From NCBI GenBank assembly GCA_963790025.1, contig CAWBMP010000002.1, forward strand, positions 320,001 to 384,000: a stretch of 64,000 nt of DNA. Reading direction: 5' to 3'. Position 1 is the stretch's first letter, and each line of letters starts with the position of its first letter. Source of the DNA: Nitrospirota bacterium. Lineage in GTDB: Bacteria > Nitrospirota > Thermodesulfovibrionia > Thermodesulfovibrionales > Dissulfurispiraceae. This document shows, piece by piece, positions 1 to 10,893 of the stretch. The position numbers and the translations under genes are program-made. The notes under the pieces are model-generated. The model was not told the origin of the DNA, searched no databases, and saw only the letters and a program-made list of their open reading frames with translations.

Positions 1-270
1 GAATCTCATTATGCAGAGATAGCTGTCAAGAACATAAAAGATCGGGCTCAGCGTTCCGCGCTATAACTTAAAATTGAAACGGAAGGTCATAGAAGAATCT
101 GTACCATTTGTCAGCATCCTGAAATGGCTTTTCCTTGCAACACGCATTGGTATCATTGTCAGCTTGTCCACTGCTTTTTTCCTCGGACTCCTTCATATAT
201 GAACCAAGGGAGAAAAGTTTATTAGGCTTTGTATCGAGGAGTTTTAAGAGATTTCGAGAGCGATGGTAAC

Positions 271-299
271 TTGACAACACCCCTCTTTGCTTATAACAT
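271..299 (+). promoter_or_regulatory. sigma70-type promoter for the iorAB-like operon
   Basis: TTGACA-N17-TAACAT upstream of the GGAGG RBS and ATG at 333. Confidence 0.6.
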
Positions 300-332
300 T
301 ATTTTATCCATCCTTAAGCCGGGAGGTGCTCC

Positions 333-797
333 ATGATATCACTTGACGTAAACGGAAAAAGGTATGAGGTCGAAGCCGGCCCCGATGTACCTCTGCTCTG
401 GGTCATCAGAGAGCAATTGGGGCTGACAGGCACAAAATACGGTTGTGGCGTGGCCCAGTGCGGCGCTTGTACCGTCCATATCGACGGCAAAGCCGAAAGG
501 TCCTGCCAGGTGCAGGTTAAGGAAGCTGAAAACAAAAAGATAACGACCATAGAAGGCATTCCCGATGACCACCCTGTAAAAAAGGCGTGGGTAGAAGATG
601 ATGTTCCCCAATGCGGCTATTGCCAGCCGGGTCAGATCATGACCGCAATAGCACTGTTAGAGGAAAACCCCCACCCAAACGACACTGATATAGTCAATTC
701 CATGTCTGCAACCCTCTGCCGCTGCGGTACATATCAACGAATCAGGCGTGCTGTCCAAAAGGCTTCCGGTATCGCGGTTAAAGGAGGAAGTCAATGA
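333..797 (+). CDS. iorA: (2Fe-2S)-binding small subunit, isoquinoline 1-oxidoreductase alpha/CoxS family
   Basis: GTKYGCGVAQCGACTV and QCGYCQPGQ...LCRCGTY motifs; 4-nt overlap with the large subunit. Confidence 0.9.
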   Translation: MISLDVNGKRYEVEAGPDVPLLWVIREQLGLTGTKYGCGVAQCGACTVHIDGKAERSCQVQVKEAENKKITTIEGIPDDHPVKKAWVEDDVPQCGYCQPGQIMTAIALLEENPHPNDTDIVNSMSATLCRCGTYQRIRRAVQKASGIAVKGGSQ

Positions 798-2953
798 GCG
801 AATTCATGATTATAAGCCGCCGTGATTTCTTAAAGACCGGTGCACTGGCAGGAGGAGGACTGATAATCGGCTTCTCTCTTTTTCCCCGCGAGTCGGGTGG
901 AATGACAGACGAGCCATCGTCATGCTTTGTCCCGAACGCATTCATCCAGATAGGCAGCGATGACACAGTTACTATTGTTGTCAACAAATCAGAGATGGGA
1001 CAGGGCGTTTATACGTCCCTGCCTATGTTGATAGCTGAAGAACTCGACGCGGATTGGTCAAATATCCTGGTTGAACCCGCGCCTGTAGATCCTGCTTACA
1101 ACCATACCGAATGGGGGAGCATACAGGGAACCGGCGGAAGTTCGAGCGTCCGCTCGACCTGGAACCAGTTCAGAAAGGCGGGTGCCGCGGCGAGAGCAAT
1201 GCTGGTGAGTGCAGCATCAGAGATGTGGCAGGTCAGCCCGTCTTCCTGCCGTACCGAAAACGGACACGTCATTAACAAGTCTACAGGGAAAAAGCTTTCT
1301 TACGGCAAGCTTGCCCAAAAGGCTGCCCAGTTCAAACCACCTGAAAATGTGCCATTGAAACGGCCCGATGAATTCAGGATCATCGGCAAACCAATGCATC
1401 GCATAGATTCCTCGGATAAAGTAAATGGGAAAGCGATATTCGGTATGGATGCTAAGGTCCCGGGTATGCTCATAGCTGTTGTTGCCCGAGCTCCTGTATT
1501 CGGCGGCAAGGTGAAAAGCTTCGATGCGAAGAAGGCGGAAGCTGTTAAGGGCGTAAAGAACGTTGTACAGATAGATTCCGGTGTTGTGGTTGTAGCTGAT
1601 ACCTTCTGGTCCGCAAAACTCGGGCGGGACGCTCTGAAAGTCGTTTGGGATGAGGGCCCGTTGTCCGCGCTGGACAGCGGATCACTGAGCAAGCAGTATG
1701 CCGGCATGGCCGGCACTCCGGGACTTGTTGCAAAAAAAACGGGAGATGCCGTACAGGCGTTCGCAAAGGCTGAAAAACAGATCAGTGCAGAGTATGAGGT
1801 GCCTTACCTGGCCCACGCTACGATGGAACCGCTGAACTGTCTCGTTGACCTCCGTTCCGACAGATGCGAAATCTGGACCGGCACGCAGTTTCAAACGGTA
1901 GACCGCAATGCCGCAGCCCGCGTAGCAGGACTTAAACCCGAACAGGTTAAAATTCACACTACCTTTCTCGGCGGAGGGTTCGGCAGGCGTGCTAACCCTC
2001 ATTCGGATTTTGTCATTGAAGCAGTAAATGTTGCCAAAGCAGTGAAACAGCCTGTGAAAGTAATATGGACCAGGGAGGACGATATGAAAGGCGGCTATTA
2101 TCGTCCCATGTGGCGTGACCGCATTTCGGCGGGCCTCGATGCGAACGGAAAACTGACCTCCTGGCAGCACACTATCGTAGGGCAATCTATAATCAGCGGG
2201 ACCCCATTTGAAAACATGATGGTAAAGAATGGAGTTGACGCAACTTCGGTCGAAGGGGCAGCCGATATTCCATATTCTATTCCCAATATCCTTGTCGATC
2301 TGCACACTGCAAATACAGGAGTCCCCGTACTGTGGTGGAGGTCTGTCGGCCATTCACATACGGCCTTTGTCGTCGAGACCTTTATCGACGAGGCGGCCCA
2401 TGCCGCAGGCAAAGACCCATACGAATTCCGCCGCGCCATGCTCGCAGAACATCCCAGGCACAGGGCCGTACTGGAGCTTGCTGCGCAAAAGGCTGGCTGG
2501 GGCAGTCCGCTCAAAGCCGGACGCGGGCGGGGGATAGCGGTGCATTCATCGTTTAAAAGCTATATTGCCCAGGTGGCCGAGGTCTCGGTGGGCCCGGCAA
2601 AGACAGTCAATGTCCATCGAGTTGTTTGCGCTGTCGATTGCGGAATAGTAGTGAATCCCGATACGGTAAAGGCGCAGATGGAATCAGGCATTATCTTCGG
2701 CCTTTCCGCCGCCCTGTTCGGCTCGATAACCTTTAAAGGCGGCAGGGTGGAACAAAACAATTTTTATGACTACCAGTTGGCGCGCATGAAAGACACTCCG
2801 GAAATCGAGGTATATATTGTGCAAAGCCAGGAGCTGCCGACCGGGGTCGGAGAACCGGGTGTCCCGCCCATTGCCCCGGCAGTAGCAAATGCGGTCTTCG
2901 CGGCAACAGGGGCAAGGATACGAAAGCTTCCCATGACCCCTGAAACACTCTAA
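794..2953 (+). CDS. iorB: Xanthine dehydrogenase-family molybdopterin-binding subunit (IorB-like), Tat-exported
   Basis: SRRDFLK Tat motif; [33 protein letters not shown] motifs. Confidence 0.88.
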   Translation: MSEFMIISRRDFLKTGALAGGGLIIGFSLFPRESGGMTDEPSSCFVPNAFIQIGSDDTVTIVVNKSEMGQGVYTSLPMLIAEELDADWSNILVEPAPVDPAYNHTEWGSIQGTGGSSSVRSTWNQFRKAGAAARAMLVSAASEMWQVSPSSCRTENGHVINKSTGKKLSYGKLAQKAAQFKPPENVPLKRPDEFRIIGKPMHRIDSSDKVNGKAIFGMDAKVPGMLIAVVARAPVFGGKVKSFDAKKAEAVKGVKNVVQIDSGVVVVADTFWSAKLGRDALKVVWDEGPLSALDSGSLSKQYAGMAGTPGLVAKKTGDAVQAFAKAEKQISAEYEVPYLAHATMEPLNCLVDLRSDRCEIWTGTQFQTVDRNAAARVAGLKPEQVKIHTTFLGGGFGRRANPHSDFVIEAVNVAKAVKQPVKVIWTREDDMKGGYYRPMWRDRISAGLDANGKLTSWQHTIVGQSIISGTPFENMMVKNGVDATSVEGAADIPYSIPNILVDLHTANTGVPVLWWRSVGHSHTAFVVETFIDEAAHAAGKDPYEFRRAMLAEHPRHRAVLELAAQKAGWGSPLKAGRGRGIAVHSSFKSYIAQVAEVSVGPAKTVNVHRVVCAVDCGIVVNPDTVKAQMESGIIFGLSAALFGSITFKGGRVEQNNFYDYQLARMKDTPEIEVYIVQSQELPTGVGEPGVPPIAPAVANAVFAATGARIRKLPMTPETL

Positions 2954-3014
2954 AAAAGGCGAAAGGCAAAGGGCTGATGGCACGTTTCGCCACGTTTAAG
3001 GGGGCCGCCTGACA

Positions 3015-4157
3015 ATGAGCCTTTTCCTTACCATTTTCTTCATACTCTACGCGGCTCTGCATTGTTATGCCTTTATAAAGGCCAGGGCCGCATTTGCTTT
3101 TGGTGCCGGCGCCGGCGTCACCCTTGCGCTCTTTATGCTGGTAATGCTCTTTATGCCTTTCATAATCCATTACCTGGAAAAATACGGATACGATACAGCA
3201 GCCCGTCCTACCGCCTTTGCAGGATATACGTGGATGGGGGTACTGTTCTTATTTTGTTCCGCAGCAATGCCAATAGATTGTTACCGGCTTGCCGTTCATG
3301 CAGCGGGATTTTTTTCTAAAAAAAACCTTGCTTACATATCCGTATCAGATTATCATTTATTCATGGCAGCGCTGATAATTTCTCTGGCTGCCGCTGTATA
3401 CGGTTATTTCGAAGCAAAAGACATCAGGACCGAAAGACTCGTTATTAAAACCCCTAAAATTTCACGGGAGCTGGGCAGGATCAGGATCGTTCAGATCTCC
3501 GATGTGCACCTCGGGCTTATTGTCAGGGAAGAACGGTTAAAAAAAATACTCGACGCTGTAAAAAAAGCGGGTCCGGACATGCTGGTTTCGACCGGCGATC
3601 TCGTTGACGGACAGATCAGCCATAGGAATGGCCTTGCTGCTATGCTGCAGGAGATTAACCCGCGGTATGGAAAATTCGCCATAACCGGAAATCACGAGTT
3701 CTATGCAGGGCTCGAACAGTCGCTGAATTTTACAAAAGAGGCAGGGTTCACCATTCTCAGCGGTAGCGCTGTATCAGGACCGATCATTGTTGCGGGAGTC
3801 GATGACCCGACTGCCAAGGCCTTTGGATTGTCCTCGTCTATTACTGAAAAAACACTGCTTCAGAAATTACCCTCAAACAAGTTTATTATATTGCTCAAGC
3901 ACCGGCCGCTGGTAGATAAAAATTCCGGTGGCCTCTTCGATCTGCAGCTCTCAGGACATGTGCATAAAGGACAGATATTCCCTTTCAGCCTTTTGACGAA
4001 AATCTATTATCCGGTATATGCGGGATATGAAAAACTGCCGGGCAATGCCCATCTGTACGTTAGCAGGGGCAGCGGGACCTGGGGACCCCCGATACGCTTT
4101 CTGGCCCCCCCCGAAGTAACTGTCATAGACCTGGTAAACAATGCAGACGTATTGTAA
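3015..4157 (+). CDS. Membrane-anchored metallophosphoesterase (YkuE/YaeI-like)
   Basis: N-terminal TM helices; SDVH, GDLVD, GNHE, SGHVHKGQ motifs. Confidence 0.88.
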   Translation: MSLFLTIFFILYAALHCYAFIKARAAFAFGAGAGVTLALFMLVMLFMPFIIHYLEKYGYDTAARPTAFAGYTWMGVLFLFCSAAMPIDCYRLAVHAAGFFSKKNLAYISVSDYHLFMAALIISLAAAVYGYFEAKDIRTERLVIKTPKISRELGRIRIVQISDVHLGLIVREERLKKILDAVKKAGPDMLVSTGDLVDGQISHRNGLAAMLQEINPRYGKFAITGNHEFYAGLEQSLNFTKEAGFTILSGSAVSGPIIVAGVDDPTAKAFGLSSSITEKTLLQKLPSNKFIILLKHRPLVDKNSGGLFDLQLSGHVHKGQIFPFSLLTKIYYPVYAGYEKLPGNAHLYVSRGSGTWGPPIRFLAPPEVTVIDLVNNADVL

Positions 4158-4829
4158 CTACTTCGGCAACCATACACGGTAAGAAGACGCATCAGGGTCT
4201 TTGACAAATTTTATTGTCTTTATCTCACCCTTGTACAAAGCACCGACCAACTGCCTTGATCCATTTATTTGGTTGCCTCCGGCGTCGTAAAAGTCAATCA
4301 TGACCGGGGTCTTACCATTAACGTCCTTAAGCGCTTTTATCGTAACTTCGACATACTCCTTTGAGCCCGATGAGGAATAATAAACACTGTCCGATTCTTT
4401 GATGTTCAACAATCTCAGAACATCATTGCCTTCGGCGCCCGCATCACCTTTTGTTCCCTGGACCTTTCCAATCTCTTCCCGTATAGCATCTTCAAATGCT
4501 GCAGGCTCAATGTTCGCTTCTATCCTGTCGCAAATGGTCCTGCCTTTCTCGGAATGCATTATTGTTTTAATATTTTTCAGATAACTCGCCGACAACACCT
4601 GCACCAGATCATTCGTAAGTTGAAAATTCTCAACATTTGTTGTTGATTTGACAAATGCTCCGTAAGATTCGATCGCGTTTCTGACTGCCAAGGCCCTTGC
4701 CGTTTCTCTAGCTTCTTTCAGGCTTTCTTTGTCCCCGTAGGTATAACAATAATTCCCCTGAATTGTTTCGCCAAAGCAGAGGGACGGGAGGAACAGAAAG
4801 ATTAACAACAGTGTCATTTTCTTCAGCAT
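4158..4829 (-). CDS. Exported hypothetical protein (FlgT-N/LPP20-like N-domain and FxLYD-like C-domain, tentative)
   Basis: AGGAG RBS before ATG at 4829; signal peptide MLKKMTLLLIFLFLPSLCFG; A..A.RNAIE helix; IDFYDAGGNQI. Confidence 0.65.
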   Translation of the reverse strand: MLKKMTLLLIFLFLPSLCFGETIQGNYCYTYGDKESLKEARETARALAVRNAIESYGAFVKSTTNVENFQLTNDLVQVLSASYLKNIKTIMHSEKGRTICDRIEANIEPAAFEDAIREEIGKVQGTKGDAGAEGNDVLRLLNIKESDSVYYSSSGSKEYVEVTIKALKDVNGKTPVMIDFYDAGGNQINGSRQLVGALYKGEIKTIKFVKDPDASSYRVWLPK

Positions 4830-4885
4830 AGCTTTGCCTCTCCTATTACCATACACTATTTAAAAAAACTTTTGAAGTACGACTT

Positions 4886-4914
4886 TGGAAGTGGGACAGA
4901 CTGACCCACTTCCA
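4886..4914. repeat. Intergenic palindrome
   Basis: TGGAAGTGGG-acagactga-CCCACTTCCA between divergent genes. Confidence 0.7.
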
Positions 4915-4964
4915 CTACTTACATAAAGTTGTGACTTTCCGCTGTCTCCTGTTATAATCTTTCG

Positions 4965-6008
4965 ATGAGGCGTATCCTGATGAAGGGCAATGAAGCGATT
5001 GCCGAAGCTGCAGTACAGGCATCATGCAGGTTTTATGCTGGATATCCCATAACACCCCAGAATGAAATCCCAGAATACATGTCACGGCGCTTGCCTGAAG
5101 TTGACGGGACTTTTATTCAGGCAGAGAGCGAGATAGCGGCAATCAATATGGTTTTCGGGGCTTCTGCATGCGGGGCCCGGGCAATGACCTCTTCGAGCAG
5201 CCCGGGTATAAGCCTTAAGCAGGAGTGTATCTCATTTCTCGCCGGTGCCCAGCTCCCCGCTGTAATTGTCAATATGCAAAGGGGCGGTCCCGGTCTTGGA
5301 AATATCTCGGCGAGCCAGGCCGATTATTTCCAGGCTGTAAAAGGCGGCGGGCACGGTGACTACAAGGTTTTGGTTTACGCCCCATACAACCATCAGGAAC
5401 TTTGGGATATTACCATGAGGTCCTTTGATAAGGCCGATGAATACAGAAATCCGGTAATGATCCTGGGCGACGCCATTCTGGGACAGATGATGGAGCCTTT
5501 TGTTCCGACCCCGTACACAAGGCCGGTACTCCCGGAAAAGACATGGGCGCTTACCGGGTGCAAGGGCCGTCAGCCTAATGTCGTAAAATCCCTCTTTATG
5601 GGGGAAGGTGAACTGGAGCAGCATAATATTATGCTCCAGGCTAAATACCGGAAGATGAAGGACAAAGAAACGCTGTTCCAATCCACTTATGCTGATGACG
5701 CGGAACTCGTTGTCGTAGCCTTTGGAATCGCAGCACGCATTGCATTGTCTGCAATACGCAGGCTGAGACAGGATGGACACAAAATCGGTCTCCTGAGGCC
5801 CATAACACTATTCCCTTTCCCCGACGCCCCGATCCAGGCATTGGCAGGCGGCAACAGAAGATTTATAACCGTCGAGCTGAATGCGGGACAGATGGTTGAA
5901 GACGTCAGGCTCGCCGTCAACGGGAAGTCAGAGGTGCTATTTTACGGAAGGCCCGGCGGTGCCATTGTCACTCCGGAAGAGTTGTACGAAAAATTGCTGA
6001 CGCAGTAG
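4965..6008 (+). CDS. vorB: 2-oxoacid:ferredoxin oxidoreductase alpha-type subunit (VorB-like)
   Basis: KGNEAIAEAA, GYPITPQNE, QAESE, TSSSSPG, RGGPG motifs. Confidence 0.9.
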   Translation: MRRILMKGNEAIAEAAVQASCRFYAGYPITPQNEIPEYMSRRLPEVDGTFIQAESEIAAINMVFGASACGARAMTSSSSPGISLKQECISFLAGAQLPAVIVNMQRGGPGLGNISASQADYFQAVKGGGHGDYKVLVYAPYNHQELWDITMRSFDKADEYRNPVMILGDAILGQMMEPFVPTPYTRPVLPEKTWALTGCKGRQPNVVKSLFMGEGELEQHNIMLQAKYRKMKDKETLFQSTYADDAELVVVAFGIAARIALSAIRRLRQDGHKIGLLRPITLFPFPDAPIQALAGGNRRFITVELNAGQMVEDVRLAVNGKSEVLFYGRPGGAIVTPEELYEKLLTQ

Positions 6009-6033
6009 GGGTGCAGGTGATTGCCCCTGTTCG

Positions 6034-7032
6034 CTAATACAATAAATCCATTAGTTTTTTTATCAATTCTGCCTTCACTGTCCCCAACTCGCCTTTCGCA
6101 ACACAGCCTGCGGCGTTTTTGTGTCCACCGCCTTTGTAAGAGGCAGCGACTCTCTCCACGTTTATTTCCTCTACCGACCTCAGGCTGATCTTATAATTAT
6201 TTTCTTCCACTTCTCTTATAAATACGGCGATTTTTATATCTTTCATGATCAGGGCAAAGGAGGCAAAATTTTCGGTGTCATCCGAAGTAGTGGCGGTTTC
6301 CTCAAACATCTTTCTAGTTACATAGATGACCGCTACGCCATTGTTGATGGAAAGCGTATCCAGCGCTCTGTTAAACAGCATGAACCGGCCCTCACTCCAC
6401 GATTCGTTAATCCCTTTATATATCCGGGAGGGGTTCGCCCCCGCTTCTGCCAGGTCTGCCGCCACGCGCAGCACCTCGCAGGAAGTATTGGGGTAGCGGA
6501 AATTGCCGGTATCAACAATAATGCCTGCATAAAGATTGTCTGCCATCGGTTTTGTGATTGTGATGCCGAGCGCCTTGATAAGATAATACACCATCATGGC
6601 CGTAGCAGTTATGCTCGGGAATATCCATGAGATATCGCCTGAAGGCCGCTCGATCTCATGGTGGTCAATCACCGCCAATGCATTGAATTTTGCAGAGGAA
6701 AGCCCGGATTTCTCAAGACCGGTCCGCTTGAGCTCGTTACAATCTATGAGTACGAGGTTTTTATATAGTGAGAGATCGATGTCCGGGGGTCTGACAGCAT
6801 CAAAGGTCAGGAACCGGTCCAGGCCGGGCAGAAAGGTATACTGCTGGGGTACTGCATCCCTGCAAACAAGTATACTCCGCTTGCCGAGCTTCTCAAGTGC
6901 CATGCCGAGGGCGCAGGCAGATCCCAACGTATCACCGTCGGGATTAAGATGGGATGCAATGAAAAAGCCATCGTTATTTTTAAAAAAATCGACAATGTCT
7001 TCCGGGGGCGCTACGCCCATCGAGTCAGACAA
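6034..7032 (-). CDS. nrnA: DHH/DHHA1 phosphoesterase (nanoRNase/pAp phosphatase)
   Basis: HLNPDGD, IDHH, DTGNF, GGGH motifs; typical position after rbfA. Confidence 0.9.
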   Translation of the reverse strand: MSDSMGVAPPEDIVDFFKNNDGFFIASHLNPDGDTLGSACALGMALEKLGKRSILVCRDAVPQQYTFLPGLDRFLTFDAVRPPDIDLSLYKNLVLIDCNELKRTGLEKSGLSSAKFNALAVIDHHEIERPSGDISWIFPSITATAMMVYYLIKALGITITKPMADNLYAGIIVDTGNFRYPNTSCEVLRVAADLAEAGANPSRIYKGINESWSEGRFMLFNRALDTLSINNGVAVIYVTRKMFEETATTSDDTENFASFALIMKDIKIAVFIREVEENNYKISLRSVEEINVERVAASYKGGGHKNAAGCVAKGELGTVKAELIKKLMDLLY

Positions 7033-7039
7033 GGCCGCT

Positions 7040-7402
7040 TCATTCGTCTTCAGAATATCCCTTCTTCCTTATCTCGCCCAGCAGCCGGTCGATCCGGTCG
7101 CCATGTGCTATAGACGTATCAATTTTGAATTCTATAACCGGGATGAACTTCACCCTCACTCTCTTCGCCACCTCGCTGCGCACAAGCCCTTTTGCCGCAT
7201 TCAGAATCTCAAGCGCCAGCTCTTTATCCTCATCCTTTAAGGCACTGATAAACACACGCGCGATCTTCAGGTCTTCAGATAATTCCACATCGGTAACGGT
7301 AATAAATCCCAGACGGGGATCTTTAACCTTCTTGATAATTATATCAGCGATTTCTTCCCTGAGCAAAATGGCCAATCTTTTTGATCTTTTGTATGGATGC
7401 AT
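7040..7402 (-). CDS. rbfA: 30S ribosome-binding factor A
   Basis: VKDPRLGFITVTDVELSEDL signature; follows infB. Confidence 0.95.
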   Translation of the reverse strand: MHPYKRSKRLAILLREEIADIIIKKVKDPRLGFITVTDVELSEDLKIARVFISALKDEDKELALEILNAAKGLVRSEVAKRVRVKFIPVIEFKIDTSIAHGDRIDRLLGEIRKKGYSEDE

Positions 7403-7426
7403 ATCTTAAAAGGGAGGTATACGTAT

Positions 7427-7494
7427 AGGCAAAGGCAAAGCAATTAAAACCAAAACTATGTCTTTATCTCTACCTTTACCTTTACCTCTGCCTT
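7427..7494. repeat. Inverted hexamer tandem-repeat spacer (AGGCAA / TTTACC)
   Basis: aggcaaaggcaaag ... ctacctttacctttacctctgcct between infB and rbfA. Confidence 0.7.
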
Positions 7495-7495
7495 T

Positions 7496-9862
7496 TTATA
7501 ATTTTGTGGCTATTTTCTCGATGATGAAGTTCTCAAGGATATCGCCGATTTTCAGATCATTGAAATTCTCTATAGTGATCCCGCACTCGTATCCCGTTTG
7601 CACTTCCTTCGCGTCCTCTTTAAATCTTTTCAGTGATGAAAGCTTGCCCTCGTATATAACGATATTGTCTCTGATGACCCTGATCCCGTCGCTGGTGCGG
7701 TGTATAGTTCCATCGATCACATGGCAGCCGGCAATAGTACCAATCCTCGACACGTGGAAAAGCTGCCTTACCTCAGCCCTGCCAAGAATCTTTTCTTTGA
7801 GAGTTGGCTCAAGCAGCCCCTCCAGTGCCTTCTTCACATCTTCAATGGCTTCATAGATGATATTATAGAGCCGGATATCGACCCCTTCTTTTTCGGCTGT
7901 CTGTGACGCCTTCAGTTCGGGACGAACATTGAACCCTATTATTATGGCATTCGAGGCCGCAGAAAGCATCACATCCGATTCATTAATACCGCCGACAGAG
8001 GAGTGTATAACACGCACTTTTACTTCAGCGTGTGTAATGCCTTCCAGTGATTGCGTAATAGCTTCAACAGAACCCTGTACATCTCCTTTAATGACGATAT
8101 TCAGTTCTTTTATCTGGCCTTCCTTTATTTTGGCATACAGCTCATCAAGAGTCAGTTTCTTATGGCGCGCTATTTCTACGAGACGCTGTTTTTGCAACCG
8201 TGCAAGTGCTACCTGCCGGGCCTTCTTTTCATCTTCAACGCAGGTAAAAACGTCGCCTGCCGCCGGGACTTCGGAAAAGCCGATGACCTCCACTGGTGTC
8301 GAGGGGAGCGCTTCATGGATCTTTTTGCCTGTATCGTTAATGAGGGCCCTGACCCTGCCCGATGCTGCTCCTGCAACAAAGGCATCGCCTATCTTCAACG
8401 TGCCCGACTGAATAAGCACCGTTGCCACCGGCCCCCTGCCCTTGTCGAGCTTTGCTTCGATGATAGTGCCGCGCGCCGGTTTGTTGGGCTTGGCCTTGAG
8501 TTCCATCACCTCGGCCTGCAGCAGTATCATTTCCAATAAGTGCTCGATACCGATGCGTTGTTTGGCGGAAACTTCAACAAAAATATTCTGCCCGCCCCAC
8601 TCCTCGGATATTACACCTCGTTCGGCAAGCTCATTCCTGACCTTGGACTGGTTTGCTTCCGGTTTGTCGATCTTATTGATGGCAACTACAATAGGGACAT
8701 TCGCCGCCTTTGCATGGTCGATGGCCTCGATAGTCTGCGGCATAACACCGTCATCAGCAGCAACTACCAGAACTACGATATCCGTCACTTTCGCTCCTCT
8801 CGCCCTTAACGCGGTAAAGGCCTCGTGACCGGGTGTGTCGAGGAACGTAATATCCTTGCCCTGAAGGGAGACCTTGTATGCGCCAATGTGCTGCGTAATA
8901 CCACCTGCTTCCGATTCAGTGACCTTTGTCTCCCTGATTGCATCCAGCAGCGAAGTCTTTCCGTGGTCTACATGACCCATTATTGTAACAACAGGAGGCC
9001 GGAAAACCAGATCAGAAGCGCTTTCAGCGGCCTCTTCTATAACATCGACCTGCTCTGCTAACACCGATTCGGCCTTTATGCCGAAGCTTTCGGCCACAAG
9101 AAGGGCAGCATCGGAATCAATCGGCTGATTAACAGTTGCCATATAGCCGAGTTCCATAAGCTTCCTTATCACATCCGGTATTTTAAGTCCTATCAGGTCA
9201 GCAAATGCCTTGACAGTGGTCCCTTCTTCAAACTTGATCGACTTTTTCCTTGGGGCCGTAATCTGAGGTTGCTGGAGCTCCGGTGTGAACCTCCTCATCC
9301 TGTCCTTCGGCCTTTTCCCTGACTTCTGGTCAACCCATTTCTTAGGTTCAATCTTCTTGATGGCCTGGAAGGCCTTTTGCATGGTAGGCTTGACTTTAAT
9401 CTTCTCGAGCTTTTCTACCTCTATATCTTTCTTGAACCGGTCCGGGACCTTAACTTCATCATCCTCTTCGGTAACAACGAGAGGAGGAGCTATGGCTAAG
9501 CCAACTTCCTCTGCAGCCGTTTCGGGAAAAAATTCTTTTTCGCTTTCAGCATGTTTTTCAACTTCAGGCCTTGCAGGTTCGAGGGGCTTGCCAGCTTTCT
9601 TTTTTATATGTTCTGCTCTTAATGCCTGCGGCCCTTTCGGAGGCAAAGCCTCTCCGGAGGGTGGTGTTTCCCGTATTCCCGGAGCTTTCTTCGGCCCGGT
9701 CAATTGCCTGATTTTCTCCGCTTCTTCAGCAGTCATTTTTACATTCGTAGTTCCCTTTTTAAATTCTTTAGCCATGACCTGCCCAAGCAGCTTCACCACC
9801 TCGGTAGGCTTCAGGTTCAACTCCTTGGCAAGTTCAATGCTTTTTATCTCGTTACCCGACAT
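7496..9862 (-). CDS. infB: Translation initiation factor IF-2
   Basis: [27 protein letters not shown] motifs. Confidence 0.98.
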   Translation of the reverse strand: MSGNEIKSIELAKELNLKPTEVVKLLGQVMAKEFKKGTTNVKMTAEEAEKIRQLTGPKKAPGIRETPPSGEALPPKGPQALRAEHIKKKAGKPLEPARPEVEKHAESEKEFFPETAAEEVGLAIAPPLVVTEEDDEVKVPDRFKKDIEVEKLEKIKVKPTMQKAFQAIKKIEPKKWVDQKSGKRPKDRMRRFTPELQQPQITAPRKKSIKFEEGTTVKAFADLIGLKIPDVIRKLMELGYMATVNQPIDSDAALLVAESFGIKAESVLAEQVDVIEEAAESASDLVFRPPVVTIMGHVDHGKTSLLDAIRETKVTESEAGGITQHIGAYKVSLQGKDITFLDTPGHEAFTALRARGAKVTDIVVLVVAADDGVMPQTIEAIDHAKAANVPIVVAINKIDKPEANQSKVRNELAERGVISEEWGGQNIFVEVSAKQRIGIEHLLEMILLQAEVMELKAKPNKPARGTIIEAKLDKGRGPVATVLIQSGTLKIGDAFVAGAASGRVRALINDTGKKIHEALPSTPVEVIGFSEVPAAGDVFTCVEDEKKARQVALARLQKQRLVEIARHKKLTLDELYAKIKEGQIKELNIVIKGDVQGSVEAITQSLEGITHAEVKVRVIHSSVGGINESDVMLSAASNAIIIGFNVRPELKASQTAEKEGVDIRLYNIIYEAIEDVKKALEGLLEPTLKEKILGRAEVRQLFHVSRIGTIAGCHVIDGTIHRTSDGIRVIRDNIVIYEGKLSSLKRFKEDAKEVQTGYECGITIENFNDLKIGDILENFIIEKIATKL

Positions 9863-10002
9863 CCGGAATCATCCTCCCATCCTTCTTCATACTTCTTACT
9901 TGTAACTTCTTACTTTCTTTTTACCTCCTGAAATGTTATCATAAAAGACTTTTTTAAAGCAATGAACATAAGACGGTTATGAGACCGTCGAGGAGGAAAA
10001 TT

Positions 10003-10191
10003 ATGGCATCGTGCTCAGTCTGCGGCAAAAAAAGGGCCGTTGGAAATAATGTCAGCCACGCAAACAATAGAACAAAACGCGTAGTCATGCCCAATATTCA
10101 GAAGATCAAGATTGTTACTGATAGCGGCAGCAAAAGGTCATATGTCTGCACCAGATGCATCCGCTCCAAAAAAATAGTCAAGTCAGTATAA
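10003..10191 (+). CDS. rpmB: 50S ribosomal protein L28 (Zn-ribbon type)
   Basis: AGGAGG RBS before ATG at 10003; CSVC...GNNVSHANNRTKR...CTRC. Confidence 0.95.
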   Translation: MASCSVCGKKRAVGNNVSHANNRTKRVVMPNIQKIKIVTDSGSKRSYVCTRCIRSKKIVKSV

Positions 10192-10193
10192 TC

Positions 10194-10260
10194 AAATGTT
10201 GAATTTTGAATTATAGAGTCCGAATAGTTAAACAAGCTGTTTTCCCTTAATTCAACATTT
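10194..10260. repeat. Inverted repeat with heptamer periodicity (TTGAATT)
   Basis: aaatgttgaatt (10194-10205) and aattcaacattt (10249-10260). Confidence 0.65.
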
Positions 10261-10279
10261 AGTAAACATCGGCGGTTTT

Positions 10280-10732
10280 ATGAAAGACGCTGCATCAATT
10301 TTAGCCTCCCTTTTCAAAAATATCGGCATGGAAGACAGGCTAACGCTCGCCTGTTTGCAAAGGGAATGGGTTTCGCTGTTTGATGAGCCGCTGTCACTGC
10401 ATACCTATCCGGCAAGTCTGAATAACGGCATACTTGTGGTCAATGTCGACTCGCCCCTGTGGATGCAGCAACTTAAATATTTTAAACAGGCCATGCTCAA
10501 GAAGCTTGAGGCCCACAGGATTAACGCCATCGAGTTCAGGCATGGTAAAATCGGTCATTTCAACAGGGACCATACGGCAACGGACCCTTCGGTAAGGCCC
10601 AAAAAACGTAAAGAACTTACGGATGAGGACACCGACTGGATAGAACAAACGCTTGCCGGCCTCGGAAGCCCTGAACTGAGGGAACAAATCAGAAAAGCAA
10701 TCGAAAAGTCACTGTCTACTTCCACGCCTTAA
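10280..10732 (+). CDS. dciA: DUF721/DciA family protein
   Basis: W...F...L..HT.P..L..G.L.V.V.SP.WMQQL pattern. Confidence 0.75.
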   Translation: MKDAASILASLFKNIGMEDRLTLACLQREWVSLFDEPLSLHTYPASLNNGILVVNVDSPLWMQQLKYFKQAMLKKLEAHRINAIEFRHGKIGHFNRDHTATDPSVRPKKRKELTDEDTDWIEQTLAGLGSPELREQIRKAIEKSLSTSTP

Positions 10733-10893
10733 TGACAATTACTTTTGATTTTGCATAAGGATATTTTTTTGTTGGTTCCAAAACCGACTTTTTCCATTGG
10801 ACCCCTACCCCGAAGAGAATTTTTCTGATAATATTTGAGATAAGCAACAAATTAATTGACAAGGCATCAATAAGAATACCCGAGGAGGCTAAA

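Noticed and set aside
68..280. Short minus-strand ORF
   Set aside because: No recognisable motif and it overlaps the iorA promoter; cannot be supported.
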